From assembly GCA_043228905.1 (NCBI GenBank), contig JBHGNT010000021.1, forward strand, positions 13,144,001 to 13,208,000: a stretch of DNA of 64,000 nt. Reading direction: 5' to 3'. Position 1 is the first letter of the stretch. Every line of letters begins with the position of its first letter. Below the pieces are notes generated by a model. The model was not told the DNA's origin and made no database searches. It saw nothing but the letters and a program-made list of their open reading frames with translations. A program made the translations under genes and the position numbers. This stretch comes from Azolla caroliniana. Lineage: Eukaryota; Plantae; Polypodiophyta. This document shows, piece after piece, positions 57,748-64,000 of the stretch.

Positions 57748-59898
57748 GTGAAGAGGCGGCAAGGGAGGAAGGAGATGGAAGACGGAGACATCGCGGAAGT
57801 AATTACGAGAATGGCAAGGGATTTCGCAAGAAGGAGAGAAAGACAGGAAGAGGCGTACAAGTACGATCGACGCGAGTTCGATCTATGGGTGTCGTCGGCA
57901 AAGGCTCCTCGAAGCGCAATGAAGGCATTCCGGGAGTTCGATCTCCGGTTTTCCCAACTTTCGGTCCGGGATCAAGAATCGGTGGGGGCAGACAAGGTCC
58001 CACTATTCTTGAAGTCGGTCAACGAAAGGGGAAGAATGGCCATTTTTCCCTACCTCAAAGACGATGAAGGGGCGTACAACCTCACCGAAGATTGGAACGC
58101 AGTGGAATGGACGTGCATACAATGCGATGAGAGGTGGTCGGCCACAACGCGGCCCACGAGCGGCGGAGAAGAGAGGGCGGCGACCGACTACGCACTACCG
58201 CCGGAAGAGAGCTCAACGCAAATTTGTTCAGAGGAGCTCGACATCGAAGCCTTGGTGCGGGAAGCGTACGAGATCGTAGAGGCACAAATCGAAGCCGAAG
58301 AAGGGCTTATTGCGGAGTCGGGCCCCAGCGGATCGGATGAGGAGGAGGCTGAAAGAGAATGGTACATCGGTACCACGGGAGAGGGTGTGGGACAAGCCAC
58401 CCTCTCGACATGCGGAGAAAGATCGACCGAGGACGATGTCAGGGACGGTGAGGCAGCGATCGCCGGTATGAGCGGACATGAGGGAGTTCGGGCATGGAAG
58501 CCCGAAACATCGAGCGGGGAGAAGACGGGCGGTGGTGCCGGGACCTTACGCACACCGGGCCTAGAGACTCCGGCAACCGGCCCGAGAGCCGGTGTGAGAC
58601 CTAGAGTGACAGGCGGTGGCGGCGGCAAGGCGGGTGACCACGATGGTGACATGGGAGAGGGTGCAAAAAGAGCGACTCTCTCATCTTGCGCCGAATGGAC
58701 GGCCATGGAGGCCAATAACTACGGGTTCGGGACATGGCAGCCCGAAACATCGAGGGAGGAGGAGACAAGCGGTGGTGCCGCGACCTTACACACACCGGCC
58801 CTAGAGGCACCGGCGGTCGGCCCGATTGCCGGCGTGAGACCTAGAGCGACGGGCGGTGGCGGCGGCAAGGCGGGTAACAGAGACAACGGTATGGAGACCG
58901 TGGAAGAGGAGGCGGCAAGCATAATTGATGCTTGCATATACGGAGGCGGGGTAGCCACGGACGACGATGTCCGAATGGAGGTGGCTATGGGCATAGCATC
59001 GACGAGCGGCGGCGTTGCTACCTTACACGCACCGGTTCAAGAGACCCCGGCGGCCGGCCCGAGTGCCCGCGTGAGACCTAGGGTAATGAACGGTGGCGGC
59101 GGCAAGGCGGACGACCACTGCGACGATGTGGGAGAGGGTGCGGAGCGAGCGACCCTCTCGACTTGTGGAAAGAGGACGGCCATGAATGAGGCCGATATCT
59201 ACGGAGCAATGGACGCCACTTCGAGAGTGGGCGAAAGTTTCGGGACGCGGTTGCCCGAAATGTTCTACGAGGATTTCGCGAGCATACTCGAGGCTTGCGA
59301 AATCGAGGAAGAAGAGGAGACGAGCGGCGGTGCCGCAACCTTCCACACACCGGTCCTAGAGACTCTGGCAACCGGCCCGAGAGCCGGTGTGAGACCTAGA
59401 GAGACGAACGGTGGCGGCGGCAAGGCGGGCAACCAAAATGACGAAGAGGAGGTTTGGAGCGGACAGAGGCGAGATCCCTTGACACCGGGGCCAGAGACTT
59501 CGGCGGTTGCGCCCGAGCGTGGACATAAGACCGGAGAGATGGGTGGTGGCCGTGAGGATGAGAGGCCCGGAGTGGGCACATGCGAAAAGACCGAAGGAGA
59601 GGTTCGGAGTGGCATCGAGGAACGAGTCGGGAACCGACCCGACCGAAAGATGAGCCGGTCAGTAATACGACCCGACCGGGAGGCGGAGCGGAAGAAGAGT
59701 GAAGCGGGGTCCAGTCAACCAGGCCCAAACCGAAGAAGAACCGGCAAGGCCGGATTTGCGCGGACAAACATGTACCGTCCGGTTACGATTACGGAAGGGA
59801 GCCGACCAAACCGGAACTCGATCGGCCGAGACCGATCCAGGCGAAGGCTAAGTAGGCATGATTGGAGATCGGGGAGGACGGGTCACAACACGCGATGA
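57748..59898 (+). CDS. 716-aa protein: Gag-derived N-terminus fused to Gly/Glu-rich repeats
   Basis: REFDLRFSQLS...LFLKSVNER...LTEDWNAV matches T1/T4 Gag; four GGAATLHTP...GPRAGVRPR...GGGGKAG repeats; no zinc knuckle or protease. Confidence 0.65.
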   Translation: MKRRQGRKEMEDGDIAEVITRMARDFARRRERQEEAYKYDRREFDLWVSSAKAPRSAMKAFREFDLRFSQLSVRDQESVGADKVPLFLKSVNERGRMAIFPYLKDDEGAYNLTEDWNAVEWTCIQCDERWSATTRPTSGGEERAATDYALPPEESSTQICSEELDIEALVREAYEIVEAQIEAEEGLIAESGPSGSDEEEAEREWYIGTTGEGVGQATLSTCGERSTEDDVRDGEAAIAGMSGHEGVRAWKPETSSGEKTGGGAGTLRTPGLETPATGPRAGVRPRVTGGGGGKAGDHDGDMGEGAKRATLSSCAEWTAMEANNYGFGTWQPETSREEETSGGAATLHTPALEAPAVGPIAGVRPRATGGGGGKAGNRDNGMETVEEEAASIIDACIYGGGVATDDDVRMEVAMGIASTSGGVATLHAPVQETPAAGPSARVRPRVMNGGGGKADDHCDDVGEGAERATLSTCGKRTAMNEADIYGAMDATSRVGESFGTRLPEMFYEDFASILEACEIEEEEETSGGAATFHTPVLETLATGPRAGVRPRETNGGGGKAGNQNDEEEVWSGQRRDPLTPGPETSAVAPERGHKTGEMGGGREDERPGVGTCEKTEGEVRSGIEERVGNRPDRKMSRSVIRPDREAERKKSEAGSSQPGPNRRRTGKAGFARTNMYRPVTITEGSRPNRNSIGRDRSRRRLSRHDWRSGRTGHNTR
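58500..59430 (+). repeat. Four imperfect repeats of about 120 bp within the T5 ORF
   Basis: Core gtgagacctag...ggtggcggcggcaaggcgg at about 58594, 58834, 59071 and 59388. Confidence 0.85.
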
Positions 59899-60851
59899 GA
59901 GCCGGTGAGCGTATTGAGGAGGCCTAGTGGGCATGGTGATCACGGCTTGCTAGAAGAACGAGAGCGAGAGGGACCTTCCACACCCATTCTAGAGACTTCG
60001 GCGGTTGCGGATCAACGTGAGACCAGAGAGATGGCAGGTGGCGGCGAGGAGTCGGAGGCCGAAGTGGACAAAGTTATCGGAGCGGGTATCCGGTATGAGG
60101 TGATGGACGAGCGGGTCCAAGATGGCGAGCCCGGGTCGGAACGGGCTACGGTGACAAAGGAAGAAGTGGCCGACGCGGAGGTCGGGTCTACGGCGGATGA
60201 AGGGCGTAACACGAAGCATGCATTACGGTCAGTGAAGGGCCCAAGAACGAGCACGCATCCGAGAGAGCGTCAACGAGTGACCGGAAACGGTGGACCGATT
60301 GAGCCTTTGAGAGGCAAGGACTCGGTGGTGGACCGAGAGTGGGAGGAACCCTCCACACCTACCCGTGAGGCATCGGCGGTCGCGGATAGAAAGGAGAACG
60401 AAGAAACGGTGGGTGGCGGCGAGGAGTTGGAGACCGACGCGGAGGTCGGGTCTACGGCGGAAGCGTGACATGAGACGCATGCAATACGGCCGGTGGAGGG
60501 CCAAGACACAAGCATGCATACGGCGGATGGGCGACAACGATTGACCGACGATGACGGTCGGGTCAAGCCTTCGAGAGGCAAGCGCGGGACGAAGGACAAC
60601 GCGGCAAAACACCAAGACCGACGACATGTGCCGAGCGCGATCGGCATGAGCGGAGAGTCGTGTCTTGAGAACCGAAGAAGGTGCGCAGAGAGCAACGGGA
60701 AGAGGAAGCGCGGCTTCCCGGAGGGCATGCAAGGCCAAGCGGGTCAAGAGGGCACAAGTCAAGGTGAAGTGGTAACGAGAGCCTCGCGGGACATCAACAC
60801 AAAGGTCGGGATGACAGTACGCTCTACCGCGAGAGAGCACGGCGAACAACG

Positions 60852-62759
60852 AAAGAACCGCCTCCAGTAACCGATACAGAAGCGACACAGGATGAAGGTC
60901 CGTCTGCACCAGAGACGGCAGTACCGGAACCGACGGCGGCGGAGTTCGAAGAACAAAGAAAGGAACAAGCGCCGGAACAAGAGAAGAGGCCGGAGAAACA
61001 GCCGGAAAAACAGCCGGAGCTAGGCACGCCTGCTGACACCAACGAAGGCAGAACAAAGGCACAATGGCTAAGGTGGTTGTCAGGGCAGTTGTCGGGAGTA
61101 GCAGACCAGATGGAGAAAGAGGAGGAGCAAAGAGAAGAAGTGACTAGGACGATGACTAAGGATATGGTCATGCTCCGGGCACAATTACATGAGCTGCAAG
61201 AGGAGCTAGCACAGGCAAAAGAAGGCAGCCGACAAGCACAAGATGGCACCGAGCCGGTCGGGACATCAGAAAAGCAAGCCGAACCAGAAACGGAGAGGGC
61301 CTTGCAAACCGGCCCTGAGACCGAGAAGGTAATAGCAACTTTGAAAGAAGAATTACAGGCTCAGGAGGCATTGAGAGATAACGAAAGAGAACAGCGGAAG
61401 TTGGTAGAAGACGACAGACGGCGAATGGAGGAAGGCCTTCGCCGAAGCAAAGCCACCAATGACCGACTACAAGAAGAAAATGGGACACTGCAAAAGGAAA
61501 AAGATAGGCTGCGCCGACGAATGGAGCAGGAAACTGAGCGGTTGCGAGAGGAACTCCGACAACAAAAGGACCGGGATGATCAGTTGCGAGCTCAGGCGAA
61601 CCGACGCCTAAAACAGAAGACGGAGGAATTCGACCGACTATGTAAGGATTATAAACAGGCCACGTCGGACATCAAGAATCAGGCAGCAACGTACGACCGA
61701 CAGATAGAGAAGCTGAAAGAGCAGCTCAAGGAAAACCGCTTGGAATTGTCCAAAGCAAGGGAGGAAGTATCGGCGGAGAAGACCTTGACGTCGGAACAAA
61801 GAAAGGAGATGGAAGTACTTCGGCAGAAAGTAGGGGAGCTGACAAAGAGCAGGAATGAGGAGAAAGTGAAGTTGACTTTCGAAATCAACAAATGGCGGAG
61901 TACCTGTGACAAGCAAAAAGTCGACTCTGAAGCTCAAGCTCAGTTAATGGCCGACATCATCAAACGGATAAGGAAGGAAAAACAAGCAGCTTCGGAACAG
62001 GCTAAAGCAGGGGTTGGCCGAATTAAGTTCATCATGTCTAGTTGGAGTACCCGAGCTCAGGCCAGCATAAATGAAAGCACGGAGAAGCTCTGGAGGGAAT
62101 GGGCACAACAGGCAGCTGAACTGCAGATACTCCGAGCTGATGCAGAAAATCGGAAGAAAAGCGGAGATGGGTTCTATAAAATGGACGAAGAAAGTATCGT
62201 CAACATCCGGGAAGAACTGTCGGAGGATTTCTATGCTCTAGCAGAAGAGCATCTCAAGGAAATCCGAGGGTTAGTAGAGAGGTTGGATGATGGATAGCTC
62301 GAAACCCAACTAGAATTGGAAGGGTACGAGAAGGACCGACTGCGACAGGAAGCCGAGGGACACACAACGCCGATCTCCATTAGTGAGGGCGAGCGACCGG
62401 CTGAAGAGGACCCAACCAACAATGTACCCCGACAAGAATTACCCGAGGAAGAACTTCCGGAGCAAGAGCAGGTTGATGCCGGGGATGATGCAGAGTGGAG
62501 ACAGAGAAGTACCGAATCCGGGGAGGAAAGGACACAACCAGTGGAAACCGGAGAGAGCGATACCGGGAACGGAACGGAGGTAGAGCAGGATAGACCCGGA
62601 CAGGATACAGAAGAAACACCGGTACCACCGGTACAAGCAGAGTCGGAGCAGCAAGATGCGAAAAGGCAGCCAATCCAATTGGACGTCGGAGACGGCACAG
62701 GCAAAACAACACTTGAAACCTCTGAGCGGAGTTTGCTGGATAATTTGGAGGAAGACTGA
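60852..62759 (+). pseudogene. Coiled-coil extra-ORF homolog (one internal stop at 62294-62297)
   Basis: QWLRWLSGQ, LREELRQQKDRDD...LKQKTEEFD and WAQQAAELQILRADAENR all match the Athila-like extra ORF. Confidence 0.82.
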
Positions 62760-62766
62760 AGCCGGC

Positions 62767-62807
62767 TGTGGGTTCGAAGTGCAATGCACTTTCCCACGGG
62801 CGTGCCA
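62767..62807 (+). other. tRNA-Arg 3'-end-like sequence at the PPT position (second copy)
   Basis: TGTGGGTTCGA-[AGTGCAATGCACTT]-TCCCACGGGCGTGCCA, then TG, then the LTR. Confidence 0.75.
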
Positions 62808-64000
62808 TGTGTTGGCCGGTCAGAGAAAAGCAAGGTCGGATCGGATAAATATAGAAATAGGAATAGAATTATTAGGAGGGACGGATCCGGTAGTTGTAAC
62901 CGATCCGGATCCGAACCGATTCGGTTGCGGTTAACGGTTGCCTACCGAGCACCGATTGTAATCTGGCCGGATGCCTATAAAAGGATCCGATGTTTTGTAA
63001 TGAAGGGGGCGAAGAATTAATATAGTTTCGCTTATGCTGATTAATCTTGTCTTCGTCTGTGCTTAAGTGTAATTATCATACGCGTGTATTAACATCCTAT
63101 CCCTACCACCCCTTTGGAGAAGTGTCGGATAGACACCTGTGTTGAGGCTAGTCCAGCCATACATACAACACAACGGGGAAAGCCTACGGAAGGCAAGCGC
63201 AGAGCGGAGAGAATCGGCACGCCGAGGTGTGCGGCACGCAAAGGGCGGAATCCGGCATGCGACCGGGAGCGCATCCGGAGGATATACGAGGCAGACAAAG
63301 GAAGAGCAACCGGGTCGGCGACGGCGTTCGGGAGGACCGAACGGGGAGGAAAGCACGGGCATCGGATACGGCGGGTCGGATGTAGTCGGGGGTTCAAGGA
63401 CCCACGGTGGACGTGGCGGATCGGGTGGAGGCAATGACTCGGCGAACATCGTCGAGTGTGGCGGATCGGATGGCGCTGACGGTTCGAGACCATTCGGCGA
63501 GGATGGTGGACCGGAAGGCGGCGGTGGTTCATGTGGACGGGGTGGTCTTGCTCGAAGTGGAAGACAAAACCGGGCGGGCCCACGAGGACGCTAAGGACTC
63601 GGCCAGTCGTCGTGACTGAAAATCTCGTGTTCTCTCTCCCCTATGGTTTGGCACATACCGGTGGATGTGCGGTTAGGTGGGGGCAGATGTCGTGAAGATT
63701 TTCATCCACAAGTGGAAACCCGAGCAACGAGAGCCAAAGAGCGATGGTGCTAGAAATGCCCCATAAGATCCCTAAGGTATAAAGGTGATGTGGTCTTGTG
63801 CGCACATCCACGCGAGAGAGAGAGAGAGGTACTATGCGGTACATAGGTACCTAGTTGTTTGTGAGGAGGTGGGAGTTAAGGGGGCCATCAATCTCACCCT
63901 CCCCAAATCAAGGCAAATATCCCCTTTGAATGAAAGGGGATATTTTAGTCTCGCTTTTGTAAACGGTCTTCCCTCCTTGTGCTATAAAAGGAGAGGGAAG

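Larger units (their letters stand above)
60852..63170 (+). mobile_element. 5'-truncated Athila-like relative: extra ORF, tRNA-like site and 3' LTR (62810-63170) inside T5
   Basis: Protein homology to 23212-24879; LTR TGTTG...CAACA with CTATAAAAGG and a 3' end resembling the 22696 LTR family; the left boundary is approximate. Confidence 0.8.
57011..64000 (+). mobile_element. Non-autonomous gypsy T5 (5' LTR 57011-57730, Trp PBS 57735-57752, no pol, 3' LTR from 63688 past the window end)
   Basis: The LTR repeat at 63688 matches 57011 apart from a 57-bp deletion and a few substitutions; PPT GTGGGGGCAGA; left flank CCGT. Confidence 0.9.

Noticed and set aside
58500-59430. CRISPR-like array
   Set aside because: Long degenerate coding repeats in a eukaryotic retroelement, with no fixed repeat-spacer pattern and no cas genes.
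61077-62297. Captured host myosin-, SMC- or trichohyalin-like gene, or a true env
   Set aside because: It is homologous to the retroelement extra ORF at 23212-24879, coiled-coil similarity is non-specific, and no signal peptide or transmembrane helix is seen.
62767-62807. Real tRNA gene or SINE
   Set aside because: Only the T arm and 3' acceptor strand are present, with an insert and an encoded CCA; there is no D arm, anticodon arm or A box.

Overview
This 64-kb window is a gene-free nest of plant LTR retrotransposons; the families and the CG/CHG C-to-T decay suggest a non-seed land plant (inference). About 15 insertions or fragments were resolved from LTR termini, primer-binding sites (PBS), polypurine tracts (PPT) and target-site duplications (TSD). 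They comprise four copies of one Ty1/copia family (copia-A), one full Tork/TAR-like copia with a related remnant and a solo LTR, five tRNA-Trp-primed Ty3/gypsy copies (T1-T5; T4 is near intact, T5 is non-autonomous), and three Athila-like non-chromovirus pieces. Most of the window (from 2622 to past 64000) fits one copia element expanded by nested insertions plus one large deletion at about 35688. Main findings: (1) two divergent Athila-like copies have no PPT and instead carry a sense-strand copy of a tRNA-Arg 3' end 2 nt before the 3' LTR, suggesting tRNA-primed or tRNA-mimic-primed plus-strand synthesis; (2) all five gypsy-T insertions have N-CG-N flanks, confirmed as 4-bp TSDs for three; (3) a conserved G_GAU_UUU heptamer plus a covarying H-type pseudoknot links Gag-PR to RT by -1 frameshift; (4) the Athila-like family carries a conserved extra coiled-coil ORF. 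Reference tRNA sequences and lineage names are from memory and need database confirmation.
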